From assembly GCF_009914755.1 (NCBI RefSeq), contig NC_060927.1: 64,000 nt of DNA. One strand, 5' to 3'. This document shows, piece after piece, positions 45,799-62,624 of the stretch (position 1 is the stretch's first letter; each line of letters opens with the position of its first letter). This DNA comes from the human T2T-CHM13v2.0 reference genome, Homo sapiens. The notes beneath the pieces are model-generated. The model had not been told where the DNA came from, ran no database searches, and saw only the letters and a program-made list of their open reading frames with translations. Made by a program: the position numbers and the translations under genes.

Positions 45799-48452
45799 GC
45801 CTAGGCGATCACTTCTCTCATTTCAGCTTCACTTTCTGACACAGGAGCAATAATCCTAAAGTGAGGAGGGGGAGTCACTTTAAAAAAAAAAAAAAAAACA
45901 GCAAAAACATCAGTCATTATGGTGAAATGTCAACACAGTAAGTCTTTTCTAATATCTCTGCAGAATGCTACATGAGATTTGCCCTGATTCATAGATGGCT
46001 ATGGTATGTGTAATACATAAAAATATAATGTATCATCTCAGACATATGTCTTGGCTGACATTCAGCACCAAGAATCTGACAAATGTTTTTATATTTATGT
46101 ACATTCTGCCTGATTTCAAAAACAGATTTAAGATAGCTATACTCAACATCATAGAAATAATTAATTCTGGACGTCTTTAGAATGAGAGTAAAAACAGGAG
46201 CCAAGTGTTTTTTTTTTTTAAGTGATTATGTTAGGAAACTTAAACTCTGAGAGCTTCCAAAATTCAACATGAATTGTAACTTCATGGTTCCTGGAAGCCA
46301 GAGCCAACAGGGAAGTAATGGGCTGCCTAGCTCTTCTTGTCTGATAACAGCCAGAGTAATGGGCTTTGTGGGGAAAAGGAAATATACTGGCACAATTCTA
46401 CCTCAGGCCTGTTCTGATAGCCTTTTGTCGAGGCAATAGCCATTCGTTCATAATGAAACCATTGAATTACAAACAAGAGTGGCAACATAGACCAAGCCTT
46501 ATTTGTTTGTGGGGATTTTACTAGTTGTTTGGTAGACTTTAGCCAGGCCACGTATAGTAACAGTAGATGATGCTTAATGTGCCAGATGCTATTCTAACCG
46601 TATTAACATATTAAAAATCCTTACAAGAGCCCTGTGTGTTAGGAACAGTGCTTTGGGGTCTGTGCTCTTATCCACTGCACCATACTGCCTCTTACATGTC
46701 TCAAATCGTACAGAGATTTATCTTACTGCAGTCACACAGCTCAGCATCCCAACTCTGGGTGATCTCAGGAAAGAACATCTCATTTAAAGCAATAATAACC
46801 AGTTTAAATGTAGGCAGCCTCAGTGCTACACGACCAACCAGATGGATCAGCTGTTTACTTATTGAGTCCACTGGTTCTTTTGGCGTTGTTTTAAGGTGGC
46901 TTCTTGAATGTTAAAGGAACAATCTAGGCTCTATCTGAACCTCCTTTTGCATCTTTCATTGGTGACATGAGGAGCATACATAGGCCATGTGTCCTCTTGT
47001 CCTTCGGTATCTTATCTACCTTTGGGCTGCTAAATATGCCAAATCAGCTTCTCTTGTGTGCCAGCTCACTCAGCAGGGGTGGCTGCCTAGAAGACTGTGT
47101 TGAGAAGGGCTCTCAGGCCTGGCTCAGATGTCGTGAGAGAAGGGGTCATGACTGAGCAACAATGCCTGATGTGGGCAAGGGAGAGGGTAGCACCAGAGCG
47201 TTGCCTTTGCCAGCCATGGCCTAGTTCAAGATGAGGGCTTGCCTCTATGCTGCATGGCTTCTGAGGTTATTTTCCCTCAGAGTACTTCCCATTCAAGAGG
47301 AGAACAGAATGTAGCAATTCACAGAATTCATTCCATAAAAATGAATTCCCTCCCTGTACAAGACACACAATAGGAAGATTAATAAGTCAAAATCCCTGCC
47401 CCCTCCCAAATTTCATCCCAGTCAAGGACATATAAATTTTGACAAATAATATCTATACAGTGAGATAATGATTATTCTTATAAAGTACTGAGGGAACACA
47501 AACAAAAGAGTCACTGTCTATGCCTGGTAAGGGCAGACAGGTCAGGCTGCATGGAGAAGGTGCCAGTTGACCCTAACCCTGATTCCATCCATGTGTATGG
47601 AGCCCAGAGGGTGTGTGTTTTGAGAACCACCTGGTATGACCAACATCCTCAATATGTCTTTGCAACCTTCCTTTTCAGAATATATACAGTACCACCAGTA
47701 GTAAGTCATCTTTTTGGAGTCTTGATATAATGACACACATGAGAGAATGGATGAATCCAATCTACCACAATGGGTCAATATTTTAGAATTTTAGCTGTGG
47801 CAAAGACCTTTAGGGAAGGCAAAGGGTGGGGCAGGGTTTGTGGAAGCCATGGATATAGGGTGTCAGTGCTGGGCAGGTTGAATAGACTTTTCTAAAATGA
47901 AGTGGAAAAATAAGAAATGCAGAGACAGCCTGCACTGGCATTTTACCCAAGGCCATTCTGTGTCCCTTAGGAAATGTGTTCTTTACAGGGATTTGAAAAC
48001 TATAGGGAATAGTGATTGGGGTCAGAAATGGCATCACTGGGGCTAAGAAACCAAAGATAAAGTCACTTTGGAGCTAACCTTTGTATTCAGAGAGCTTTGT
48101 CCTAATCCTGCTTAGAATTTCCACGGCGTCTTTTCTTCCCTTAAGAGAAATCAAAAGGCTTTCACTTTTCCCCTCTCTGCCCTGTGAAGACAGGCATTCA
48201 AAACCTCGTTTTGCAGGTTAAGGAAATTGAGTTCATGGTCTAAGATCACAGTGAATTGAACAGACTCAAAAGCAAGCATTTAATCTCTCTCACTCTCTCT
48301 CTTAAATGTAGTTCTTAGAATGAGAATTCTCAGTGGTTTTAAGAAAATGGTAATGTTTGTACTATATTTAACCCCCAGAAACAGAACATCAAAACCAAGA
48401 CACTTTGGCAATCGTCTTATCCAATGTTCTCATTTTAAAGATGTGGACTCTG

Positions 48453-48753
48453 GGCCGGGCGCAGTGGCTCACACCTGTAATCCCAGCACTTTGGGAGGCC
48501 GAAGCGGGCGGATCACGAGGTCAGGAGATTGAGACCATCCTGGCTAAGACAGTGAAACCCTATCTTTACTAAAAATACAAAAAAAAAATTAGCTGGGCGT
48601 GGTGGCGGGCGCCTGTAGTCCCAGCTACTCAGGAGGCTGAGGCAGGAGAATGGTTATGAACCCGGGAGGCAGAGCTTGCAGTGAGCCGAGATCATGCCGC
48701 TGCACTCCAGCCTGGGTGACAGAGTGAGACTCTGTCTCCAAAAAAAAAGAAAG
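48453..48753 (+). mobile_element. AluY-like
   Basis: Sense dimer, TSD AAAGATGTGGACTCTG. Confidence 0.94.
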
Positions 48754-48969
48754 AAAGATGTGGACTCTGAATCTAAGGGACAACTCCAAATAACTCGAGG
48801 ATATCTGGTCATTAAAACCTACTCGGCTCTCAAGGTTTCCATTTCTAACTGGAAGCCATTGCCTTCAAGAGCTGTTTAAGAGCGTCTGCCACCCTTCTAG
48901 AACTCAGTTTAAGGACTTCTGCTGGAGCCTTGGAAGGTTCAGGGCCCTCTCGTCACCATTGCTAAGGGC

Positions 48970-49524
48970 TGTTTTATGTTCTTTTATGAGATAGTCTGTT
49001 AGGTGCAGCCACAAGAAGGAGACACAGGAGAGGCTCAGGAAGACAAAGTTTATCGTGGTCACAAGTCCTAGAGGCAGGAGACATGGCACACCATGCAGGT
49101 CCACAGGGGAAAGACACCAGGGCAGTCAGGAGGCAGAAGACAGGAGCAAGGGGAAAGCATTAAGGTAAAGCCATGATGGGGGTTTCCTTGGAAAAGTCAA
49201 GGCAGGGCAGCGTGAACACTTTAGGGTTGGCTAGTTTGAATAATCTCAGGGGCCCTAAGCTATAGGAATGGTCCCTAGTTGACTGTACCTGGCCCTGGGA
49301 TGATGAAAGCAGAGGAATTTTGCCTCTTCGGGTGTTGGGCCAGATAGAGGAGGTGTGGCTCTGAATTGGTTAGTTCGCATGTCAGAAGTGTACTCCTGGC
49401 TGGGCCCTTTGCTGGCTCTAAGAATTAACTATCCTCTCGCCACCCCCCCAGGGGCAGTCTTCCCAGCTAGAAAGGTTTTTTAAAAGATGTTCAAACATCG
49501 TAACATACATAAATATGTAACACA
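48970..49524. mobile_element. Solo LTR, ERVL-type (MER74/MER54-like; family uncertain)
   Basis: TG...CA ends with a perfect 5-bp TSD AGGGC; ggctagtttgaataat motif. Confidence 0.7.
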
Positions 49525-49547
49525 AGGGCCCTGGCTCCTCTCAGATA

Positions 49548-49976
<429 letters not shown>

Positions 49977-50741
49977 TAAGCTTGAGAGGACTCAGGTTGC
50001 TGACCAAAAGCAGAAGAGGCCTCCCTTCAAAATGTATGGAATGTTGCAAAAAGTAGACAGTGATCCTCAATAATCAGATACTTCCCTCAGAATGGTCTGC
50101 TAAACCTTCAGTCTTGTTGAACCAATTGGTTCAGTACTTTGTAACAGAACTTGGGAATTTCTCCACCCTGGATGGGATATTTCTTATGGCCTCCCATCCC
50201 AATTCATGTCAGCCCTTCCCGCATTTAGACTTGGTTACTTTCAACTCTTTACTCCTGGCATCATTTTTAAATGATTCAGGACTCTTGGTTTCAAGTGACA
50301 TAAACCCACCTTGAATTATCATAGGTGGAGGAGAGTGTTGGAGCATTGAACATAATGGAAAGAAAAGTTAGCTTTTTTCTACAGTTCTGATAGGAACAGG
50401 TTCTCTCCCTGCAGACTGGCGTCTTCTGCTAGACAGGAAGTGTGACTACTGGCAGCTCCAGAGCCTCATAATCCATAGCTTCAGTTGCCTGGCATGCACT
50501 GGCCCTGGACTTCTCACACCCCAAACTCTCATATGTGGGCCCAGCTGGCTCTCTTGCTCATTTTGGGACCAGTCAAGTTAGACTAGAGAGGCAGAGTCTG
50601 TAAAGGAACGTGGTTGGTGTGGGGGAAAAAGCAGTTTCCATAAGAAGGTGGTGGTCCCAGGAAGACAGGATGGTGGCAAAACCAAAGGTGTTTGTGACAA
50701 ACCTGAGAGCATATCAGGAAGAGGAATGATTAAATCATTTA

Positions 50742-51098
<357 letters not shown>

Positions 51099-51796
51099 TT
51101 ATGTATTCAGTAAATCTTTTCTAATTGACTTTCCATTAATGGAATGTCCCAGTTGGTTAACTCCGCACCCCCTCGGTAAAGTACGGGGGGAGGCTGAACA
51201 TTCTTAGCTGGCAGCCTGGTTCCTAGGACACCAGCACACTTCTGCTCCCACCAGCTGAGGCCTGGGCTTTCCAAGAGTCATTCTTGTTTCTTGCCAAACC
51301 TGGGAATGCCAGATGGACTTGTTGTTTTAATTATACCATTTAATTAAATATCCCCCAAACGAAAGACAAATACAGAAAGTTATTTCTGTGAAAGTCATTG
51401 CGAGTAGCTAGAAGCAGTGGCTTTTTGCAGAGGGGACAGGGCTTTTACCTTTTATTGCCGAATAGGTTCTGGAGTCTGACCCCCTATTTTCAAATTATAG
51501 CTCTACTGCTTCTTTGCTGTGTGACACCTTGGGCAAGTTGCAGAGTCATCCTAGGACTTGGCCCCTTTACTATAAAATGGAAATAGCAACCTTGTTTGGG
51601 TACTGTTAGGATTAAGTAATATAATGTATTTGAAGCACTTTGCACAGTTCTTGGGCACATAGTAAACACTCAACAGATGCCACATCTATCGTCATCGTCA
51701 TCAACAATCACAGCCTTATTAAAGATGTAGAGAGAAGTCATTGGCTGTAAAGGAAAAATTTTTTTTTCTTATCAAATCAATCTCTAAAAACCTAAA

Positions 51797-51824
51797 GTGT
51801 GTGTGTGTGTGTGTGTGTGTGTGT
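51797..51824. repeat. (GT)14 microsatellite
   Basis: Seen directly. Confidence 0.95.
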
Positions 51825-51847
51825 AAGGACACCTCCAGAGAGTTCTA

Positions 51848-52493
<646 letters not shown>

Positions 52494-53557
52494 CCTGTAG
52501 CCCCTCTTCCTTCCCTAATATATTTGGCTTCTATAAAAATTAAAAACCCAGGGATAAGAAGAAGGGGAGAGAATTGGAAAGCCCCTGGTTAGCTTTAAGG
52601 GCCTCTCAGTGCAGCAGAACCCATGCTGGCTCTATTCATAACTTTGCTCTCTGGATCAATATTCTGAAAGTTGGTACATTCTTTTCATTTGTGTCTTTCA
52701 CAGAGGGCAGTAAAATTTAGCTCTAATTATATTTAGGGCATCTGGATTCTAGTCAGCATTTTCTGGCTCCGTTTTAGAACCTAAAGTCTGCGGCTTATTC
52801 CTAATGTGGAAAATGGAATAATCCCCCAGGCATGAGAAGAACTCCAGCATTGAGGCTGCTGTTCCTCTAGCGAGAAGCTGCTGCAGACATCACAAGACTT
52901 GTTATACAAGGAAACATGATTACAGTGGATTAAAGAAACTTGCCAGGGGCTTGAAGGATTTATTGCTTTTTGAATTCTGAATGAGACATAAATATGTTTT
53001 TCCCCTCTTAATTTTGGACCCCATACGGATAAGGTGAGAAAATTCTTCAGCAAATTCTAGAATGCTTAGCTGCTAAAGATCAGTTGGTTTTGTGTCCACG
53101 TCATATTGCAAAGGGCATGAATACTTGCTTGGCAGAGACACAAAACAGTCACTCATTTCTTTCTGTTCTGCCAAGTTAGTTACTGCCTTGTCTCCCAGTG
53201 GGAGAAAAATGTAACTCCTTGGGGACTCTTCTGGAAGGCAGCATGGTGTAATGGAAAAAGCACTGTAGTCACAGGCACGAGGCCTAGACTACAGCGTCGG
53301 TGCTTATAAGTTCCATTATTTACAACAGGTTTCTTAAACTCTGTAAGCCTTTGTGCTCTTACTGCTCTTTTCGGAAAAAGCAGTTCTCAGAGGGTTGTAT
53401 GAAGGATTATAGCACCTTTATGTTCAATATCATCTATAGAAACTCAACTGTTGGATGCATTAGCATCAGAATGACAGCTTGTAGTACACTCATTTGTGTT
53501 CACAGATCTCAGAAATTTTTATGTCCTAAATGGAGGGACTTTTAAAAATAATGATGG

Positions 53558-53861
<304 letters not shown>

Positions 53862-54081
53862 CTGATGGCTTCTTAACCCTATCACTTCTGCAGATTCTTT
53901 GGTTTCTCAGGAAGCCAAAGAGATAGCATGGGGCAGTGGTTAGTAACAACTCTGGAGTCAGACCAACCTGAGTTTAAATTCACTACTTATTAGCTGGGAA
54001 GTCTTTGAACAACTCACCTAACCTGTTGTTCTCATTTTCCTAATCCGTAAAATGGACATAAAATATTACCTCAACCGTAAT

Positions 54082-54384
54082 TTGTTTTGTTTCGTTTTGT
54101 TTTGAGATGGAGTCTCCCTGTGTCGCCCAGGCTGCAGTGCAATGGTGCGATCTCGGCTTACTGCAACCTCCGCCCCCCAGCTTCAAGCGATTCTTCTGCT
54201 TCAGCCTCCCGAGTAGCTGGATTATAGGCATCCACCATCGTGCCTGACTAATTTTTGTATTTTTAGTAGAGGCGGGGTTTCACCATGTTCGCCAGGCTGG
54301 TCTTGAACTCCTGACCTCAGGTAATCCACCTGCCTTGGCCTCCCAGAGTGCTGGGATTACAGGCGTGAGCCAATGCGCCTGGCC
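54082..54384 (-). mobile_element. Alu (AluS-like)
   Basis: Antisense dimer. Confidence 0.92.
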
Positions 54385-55762
54385 CTATTTTTTTATTCCT
54401 TTGTCCTGTTTCCTATGTGGGACTTATCACCGTTTGGCATTATTATTTATTTGTGTTCTGTCTACCACCCCAGCCCCACTCAAATATAATCCCCATAAAG
54501 GCAAAGACATTATATGTCTTATTTACTGCTTTATATGTCTTGCCTAACAAAGTAACTGGTACATTATTGTTACTTAATATTTTTACCTTTGAATTTTTTT
54601 GCCAAAATAATACAGAATTAGAAAGAATTCCTCCCCCAGTGTCATGGCTAAATTTATATACAGTAGCTGACTTGGAAACTGGGCAGAGTTGTTTTGCGTT
54701 TGGAAATACTGGTGTTCTTACAGTTGAGTTTCTATTTCCAAAAGATGCTTACTCAGCCTTTGATGGCACAGTTTGACTTGTGACATCAGAAGGTTGACAG
54801 GCAGAAGTCTGAGTCAGAAATTCAGCTATAGAAGAGCGTGACTTTCATCCCTGCTCGCCCTTTGAGGTATGGCTGGACACAGCTCAGAAAGGTCTTGGAT
54901 TTTAATTTGTCTAGGAAGGTATTTAGCAAATTATTTTTACCATTTGGATTTTGGTACCAATCACCCGAGGAATCTGCAGTCTCTGCGTAAGTGAAGAATG
55001 AGAATGGAAGGGGTAAGTGGAGCCCAGTGGGAGAGCACAGGCCAGCCCGCCACTTCCCTGGAAGAACTGATGGCTTTTTCCAAGGCCTGGATCATGCCTC
55101 GCCTATCCTCCTCCCCACTCCATGTCCCCAGTCCATCCTCTGACTTTTATTTACTTACCACCTTGGAAGTCATAAGATTCTGAAGTTTTCCACAGCTGCT
55201 GGGACTTAGGCACTGGGCCACTGAGGACAAGCTGACAGGTCAGTGTTTGGGCTCTGGATTTCACATCATTCATTAGCCCTCTCGATCCCCACAGAGAGGG
55301 ACGTTCATGCTATGAACTGTGTCATGGAGAAAACACAGCCCTAGAAAGAGGAACTCTTGATCCCCCACTACTTCATTCTTTCAAGCCCTGTGACCTGTTC
55401 CTCTAAATGCCTGTGGGACCACAGGTGGGCTTGGGATGGGGATGCTTCCTGAATGCCCAGGGACTGTACGCAAAATGTTACGTGTGTGTATTATGGGCAG
55501 CCAGGGAGGCTCGGTTTCATCAGACTCTCAACAGATACCATCTTTGGTCTAAAATAGATTTGGAACCATGACCCTGAGTGGACCTAATGTATTTTTGTAA
55601 TGTTTGTAGACTGCACATTTGCCCCTCTGGCCCTCCAGGCTGTGTGTGGGCAGATTGAGGATGGAAAAGCTGAAGCGGTGCACAGCTGCCCAATCTTGTT
55701 GGGTTGTTGCATGATGGCTCTCTCATCTCTTCTTGAGTTTGCTTATTTACACAATTAAGCTA

Positions 55763-56182
<420 letters not shown>

Positions 56183-56412
56183 TCATGCCACCAACAAACC
56201 TACCTATTAGTCCACTGATTTTCTTTCCTCTGTGACAAAATGTTCATCTCCATACTCTTAAAGGAGTGATGATACACTTGGCCTTTCACCTGAGGAAGTA
56301 TAGGATGGGAGCTGCATGTCCCAGCTCAGGAGTATTGACGTTCCTCTTCTCAGTTAGCCCTGTCCACTGCAGCCCAGCTAATGTCTTACAGGCTATTAGA
56401 GATGGTGTACTG

Positions 56413-56725
56413 GGGCCAAGCATGGTGGCTCCTGTCTGTAATCCTAGCACTTTGGGAGGCTGAGGCGGGGTAGATCATTTGAGTTCAGGAGTTTGAGAAC
56501 AGCCTGAACAACATGGTGAAATCCCATCTCCACTAAAAATACCAAAAAAAGTAGCCAGGCATGGTGGCATGTACCTGTAATCCCAGCTACTTGGAAGGCT
56601 GAGGCAGGAGAATCTCTTGAACCTGGGAGGCGGAGGTTGCAGTGAGTGAGATTGTGCCACTGCTCTCCAGCCTGGGTGACGGAACGAGACTCCATCTCAA
56701 AAAAAAAAAAAAAAAAAAAAAAAAA
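56413..56725 (+). mobile_element. Alu (AluS-like)
   Basis: TSD AGAGATGGTGTACTGGG. Confidence 0.93.
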
Positions 56726-56925
56726 GAGAGAGAGAGATGGTGTACTGGGCTGTGCGTGCTTCAGCTACCCAACAAAGCACCTCTACCTTGTGCTTACAAC
56801 GAAATTCAGTTAACTGTAAGATCTGGAAATCCCTGGCAAGTGAAAAGCTGCTGCCTGGTGTGAGTATGTCTTTGTTTTCTAGCAGTGCAAATTACTTCAT
56901 CTTCAGCAGGAGTGTGGCACCTCTG

Positions 56926-57243
56926 TAGTCACACATCACTTAACGATGGGGATGCATTGTTAGGCGATTACATCAGTTGTCATAGAATGTCCTTACACAC
57001 CCTTAGGTGGCATAGCCTGCTACATACTTAGGCTATATGGTCCAGCCTATTGCTGCTATGGTGGAAACCTGGATGGCTTGTGAGTGTACTGAACACTGTG
57101 GGCAACTGGAAAACAATAGTAAGGATTTGAGTATGGAAACATAGAAAAGGTACCACACAAATGTGGATTTTGTAATCTTATGGGGCCACCCTCATATGTG
57201 CAGTCCATTGTTGACCAAAACGTCATTATGTGGTGTGTCACTG
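56926..57243 (-). mobile_element. Tigger3a/MER7A-type MITE
   Basis: taacgatggggat...aatcttatggggccacc...ttgaccaaaacgtcattatg; same family as 1634-2791. Confidence 0.78.
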
Positions 57244-58461
57244 CTTACTGAGTGCTGATAACATGCCAGGCTATGTGCAGGGTGCTCTACAAAATCTATC
57301 ATGTTTCATCCTGTCCTTTTCCTGAAGTAAATGTCAGCATTCCCATTTTACAGATGGGGAAGTTGAGGCTCAGAGGTGTGTCAGTGAACAGGTCTAAGAA
57401 AATGTGTGGGCTGACATAATGTGAGGGCCACAGGGGCCACCAGAGGACATGGAGTAGAGGCCTTCCCTGAAGGGCCTCGGGAACTGAGCCGAGCCAGGAG
57501 AGGAGATGGGATTTAGGCTGAGGAGAGAACACTTGGGAGGAGCTCGGACTCCAAGTCTGAGGAAGGCACCGGCATTTATTACTTTCTTGCCGTATTACTC
57601 TCGTTCAGTCTTTCTCCTTTGAGGTGCAGATAGTCCCCTTCTCCAGAATTATTCTCCAGTCATCTGCATGGGATTTGTTTTCAGTGTTTTTTGAATTAGA
57701 ACTGTAGACACTTCCCTCCTAGCCTGGCTTTTCTCCATCAAACTCCCCATAGCCATTTCTCATTGACTAGAGCAGGCCCTAGCGAGCCCAGCCCTTAGTC
57801 TCTGTCCCCTCCAGGCTACCCTCCATGGTAGCAACCAGGCGGCCCTTTTGGAAACACACATATGAATATGTTACTCAGGGACTTCCAAAGGCTGGCTAGC
57901 CTTTGCTTCAGAATGAGATCAGCTCTTCAGCATGGCAGCGGCAGACAGCTCCTACCGCTGGCCCCAGCTTCCTCTCAAGCTGGCCCTGGCGCTCTGGACT
58001 CCTCACACTTCTGCCTGGCAAACACCTACTTGGTCTTCAAGCCTTCATTCTTCATAGAGGCTACTTGGGTTCTGCCCCACACCTGTCACCTGAATTGTCA
58101 TTATGTGTGAGCTCCTTGAGAAAAAATATATGACTTGGTCATCTTTATACCCTCAGTACCTAGCATAACACCTGGCATGTAGTCAGCACTTAGTAAAAAC
58201 ATTTAAAAAATTTTTACTGTCTCCATTTTGCAGATGAAAATAAGAAACTTTAAATGAATAAAATGTTTGACTCTTGGGGTCAAGGCCATAATAATTAGAA
58301 AGTCTCCTTTCACTGTGTGTTGTCTCATTTATATTCCCCAGGTGATGGTCAAATGGTATAAGAAATGCAGGTGGCTCCCCAGTCTCGGTGTCTCACATAT
58401 TCCAACTCTTTTTTTTTTTAGAACTCAGAAAAGTACTTCATAGATTGGCTTTTTAGATTTC

Positions 58462-58758
58462 TTTTTTTTTTTTTTTTTTTTTTGAAATGTAGTCTCTATC
58501 GCCCAGGCTGGAGTGCAGTGGTACAGTCTCAGCTCACTGCAACCTCTGCCTCAGGTTCAAGCGATTCTCCTGCCTCAGCCTCCTGAGTAGCTGGGATTAT
58601 AGGCGTGTGTCACCATGCACAGCTAGTTTTTGTATTTTTAGTAGAGATGGGGTTTCACCATGCTGGCCAGGCTGGTCTTGAACTCCTGACTTCAAGTGAC
58701 CTGTCCACTTGGCCTCCCAAAGTGCTGGGATTACAGGCGTGAGCCACCACACCTAGCC
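58462..58758 (-). mobile_element. Alu (AluS-like)
   Basis: Antisense dimer. Confidence 0.92.
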
Positions 58759-58799
58759 TTTTTCAGATAATTTCTTCAAGATTAAACTCTACAAAATTA

Positions 58800-59335
58800 T
58801 TATATTAGTCTCTTTTGTTTGGAGGTTAGACTCTCACACAGATTTAAGCAAACATGAGAATGTATTTGTTCTTAAACCTGAAAAATTCATGGAGAGTTCT
58901 AATGTAACCTCCACTAGATCCAAGTGTTTAAAAATGTCAATAGCAAACTTTCCATCTCCCCCTCTTGCCTGGGTTTTCCCTGTATCGCTTCATTTTTAGG
59001 CAGGCTCTTGCCTCCTGCTAGCAAGATGGCAATTGGTAGCTCCAGGCTTACGTCCCCAAGCTTAGTGACTCCTGTGGAAGGAGAGCGTTGTTCCCAATGG
59101 CACTAGCTAATGTCCTGCTTGACTCATCCACCAGTGACCCTGTCACTATGGTAGAGGAAGGGGGAACTGTAACTCTTTTTGGTCGGATCTGGGATATATT
59201 CTTATCTCTAGGGTTAGGGGTGGAATAGTCCCACCTAAGTCACATAATCTGAGAGCCAGGGAGAAATTGGTGAAAAATTAGAAAACCGGTGAGTTTATCA
59301 AAGGGCTGAGCAAGCAGAGCAACAGATGTCCACTG
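58800..59335 (-). mobile_element. MLT1-type LTR remnant
   Basis: ctgtatcgcttcatttttaggcaggctct..gcaagatggc..gtagctccagg; agcaacagatgtccac. Confidence 0.55.
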
Positions 59336-60849
59336 TGGTTATCTTACCTTTCTTTTTTGTTGCTAATACGTCTGTTATTTCCTAGAATGGTATGATAGAC
59401 CCCAAGCAGGTGGCTTGTGTCGTCCTTTTTTGGTAAATGCCTACCTCCCAGGACTTTTGAAAATGGTTCAACTGCTGTCTTTGACTTTTTTACCCCAGCC
59501 TTTGTGATTGGTCTGATAGCTCCAGTGTTTGTGCTGGGGACTTGGAATGCCAAATGCGCTGATTTGCACACCGTTTTTCATGAAATCTTATTTTTCTTGA
59601 TAAGATCAGGGAATCCTTAAAATTCCCAGTGGTTTTGAGCTAGAATCCTATTGTGAGTTCTCTGATATTACATAGATTTAAAGCAAATGCATTTTTCAGG
59701 AGCATACTTTCCTTTCACTTTTTTTTTGTAACTAATCAATGATTTCTGACATTCAGTGACTGCTTGCTTCTGCTATTAGGTGACTTTCTGATATTCAGCC
59801 CTGACTGCCACTTGTCCCTCTGACCTAGCCATAAAATACTAATATTTGCAGCTCCCTCTTATATGGTGAGGAATAATAAAACATTATAGCACTTTGGGCT
59901 TTGTTTCATTTCTTCCCATTGATAGCTTTTTTCCTGCCACTGTCAGCATAGCTATTTCCCAGCATGTTTTTCCCTCCAGTTCTGCAGCCACATAGTATTT
60001 TCTGACTGCTATCACCTACCCAGGAAGAAAATTGTCACTTACTGAGTACCTGTTTTCTGTTAAGTATACCAACAGGACTTTCCTGCAAATCATCCCATTT
60101 ATTTTTCGTAGCATCCCTTTGTGGGATGGATATCATTATCCCCACTTAAAAAGATGTGGAAAGTAAGGCTAAAGGGAGGATAAATAATTTGCCAAATGTT
60201 TTAGAACGGATGGAAAAACTCGGGATTCAGTTCTGAGTCTACTAACCCTGAAAGGCCGTTCTCCAAGAATAAGGCTAGAAGCTTTAAGATACTGGAAAAG
60301 TATGAGACCCCATTTCTGACCTAAAGGCAAGGATCAAGACTAACACATTTGAAACAATGAGAGTGAATTTAAGATAGAGTCACTTCTGAGTGCTGTGTGA
60401 TATCATCTATTTGCAGTGCTGTTGAAATTCAGAAAACAGTTCTGCCTCCAGATTCTATTTATCTTTGAACCTGACTGGGAATATATATTAATATTAAATC
60501 AAGACTTTATTTTTAAATGTAACCCTAGTGCCAGTTTCATAATATACCAATTCACTATTTGGTTACTGTGCTGTGCTCAGACTTCTGTTGAACCCCAAAA
60601 CATCAGCGAGCCCTCAATTTCTGTGCATACGTTCAAACCTCAGGTCCCCTGCTTTGTAGATCCCGTGAACTCCCTGATAAGCACAGGTCACATTTACCAA
60701 CTCTTCATTATACATCTGATTTGGCAAGACAGTGGCCAGGGGAAGGTGTTAATCTGTGCCCAGGTTATATGCCACTTAGTTGAGTTCAGTTCAGACTTGC
60801 CAAGTGCCACCACCTGGCAGGTGATTTGCAGGGCTCACTGGGGGATACG

Positions 60850-61900
60850 ACATATTCATCCAGTGTCTTCTGAATGCTCAGCACTCTTCTAAGCACTGGG
60901 GACAGTGGCAAGACAGACAAGGCAGGGCCTCTGTTTTCATGGAGCCTACTTTTCTAGTTCTATAAATAAATGAAAAAAGTCACTTTCAGCTAGTGATGAG
61001 CACAGTGATTAAAATAAAACAGAGGCTGGTGCGGTGTTTCACACCTGTAATCCCAGCACCTTGAGAGGCCCGAGGTAGGTGGACCACTTGAAGTCAGGAG
61101 TTCGAGACCAGCCTGGGCAACATGGTGAGACTCTGGCTCTACAAAAAATACAAAAATTAGCTGGGCATGGTGGTGTGCGCCTGTGGTCCCAGCTACTCTG
61201 GAGGCTGAAGTAGAAGGCTCATCTGAGCACAGGACTTGGAGGTTGCAGTGAGCCAAGATCATACCACTATACTCCAACCTGGGTGACAGAGTAAGCCCCT
61301 ATCTCCCCATCTCAAAAAAAGAAAGAAAGAAAACAGAGTGTTTGGATGAATTGGTGTGGAGGGTGGGAGTCGAGAATAGATGTCAGGAGTTAATATAAAC
61401 TGGCAGGTTGTCAGTAAAGGTCCCTCAGAGTAAGTGGCTTCTGAGCTGAGCCCGGAATGCAAAGAAAGGAGCCAGACATGTGAGGAGCTGAGATGACCCT
61501 CGTCTAGGCGGAGGGAACATCCCATGTGAAAGCCTAAGCAGGGAATAAGCATGCTCAGTCTAAGGATGGGGTGGGAGTGGGGGGCCGGAGCCAGTATGGC
61601 AGCAGTGCAGTGAATTAGTGGGGAGTGGTAGGAAGTGAGGTTGGCAATAGAGGGAGCACGTGACACGGGCTCTTGCAGGCTGTGAGACCTAGCTTATGTT
61701 GTGTTTGAAGCAGGAGAGTAACAGGAGTGACTTAACTTTTTTTTTTTTTTAAATCCTGGCCACTGTGTGGGGAATGGATTGGGTTATAGAGGAGTAGAAA
61801 TAAGAAGGTTTGGGGTGAATGCTGGGCAAGGTAGATTATATTGTTATTGTTATTGACATCATAGACCAGGCCAGGGAATTTGGATTTGCTCCTAAAGCTA
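60850..61900 (-). mobile_element. L2, interrupted by an Alu (61024-61333, +)
   Basis: ctaagcactggggacagtggcaagacagacaagg...catggagcctactttctag; gagctgagcccggaatg. Confidence 0.72.
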
Positions 61901-62573
61901 ATGATGTGTAACAATAATAGCTCCCATCTCTTGAATACCTACTGTGTTCCAGTCATGCGGGTTTATGTGCATTCCCTCCTCAAGTCCTTATACACACCCA
62001 CAAAGCCCCTATCCACTGGGCTTATTATTAATGTCACTTCTTATAAAGGAGGAATCTGAGGTGGACAGAGCCTAGGTTCTGAGCATTCCTTAGTGAGGAA
62101 AGGGAACCAGAGCTGCATGATGGGCAGGGGGCTGGCGAGATGCGTCAGGATTCACATGGCAGGACCTGGAGTTTGGCAGGGACTTTGAGGTGCAAAAGAG
62201 AAGACCCCTGTTGGGAGCACACATCCCAGGGCGGCCTGCATGTAAACTGCTGGGAAAAGGGCTGCGGGGGAGGCTTAGATAAAACAGACGCGGATGCTAC
62301 CCTCTGCAGTCTGCAGATCAGCAGGTGATCAGGTAGACCTCTCACCCAAAGCAGAACATGGCAAGCTCCTGAAGGAGAATTTGTTGATACTGTTAACTTA
62401 GCATGTCAGAAAAATGTCCCAGTGTCAGAATTGAATTCCTATACCTGCTAGGTCAGTTTTAAGCTAAAATGATCTTGCAAAACCTGTTGACCCATTGATA
62501 CCCTGTACCCTAAGTAGGCAGTTGGTATTATTTCTTAACTTTGGTTCGTCTATGTCCATCTCTCTGTCTCTGA

Positions 62574-62574
<1 letters not shown>

Positions 62575-62622
<48 letters not shown>
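62575..62622. repeat. (AC)24 microsatellite
   Basis: Seen directly. Confidence 0.97.

Positions 62623-62624
<2 letters not shown>

Noticed and set aside
59742-59810. Short direct repeat TTTCTGA(C/T)ATTCAG
   Set aside because: Only two short copies; no array or element structure.
60416-60892. Longest ORF in the track (158 aa)
   Set aside because: Non-ATG start, no recognisable domain, runs into L2-like sequence; consistent with chance.
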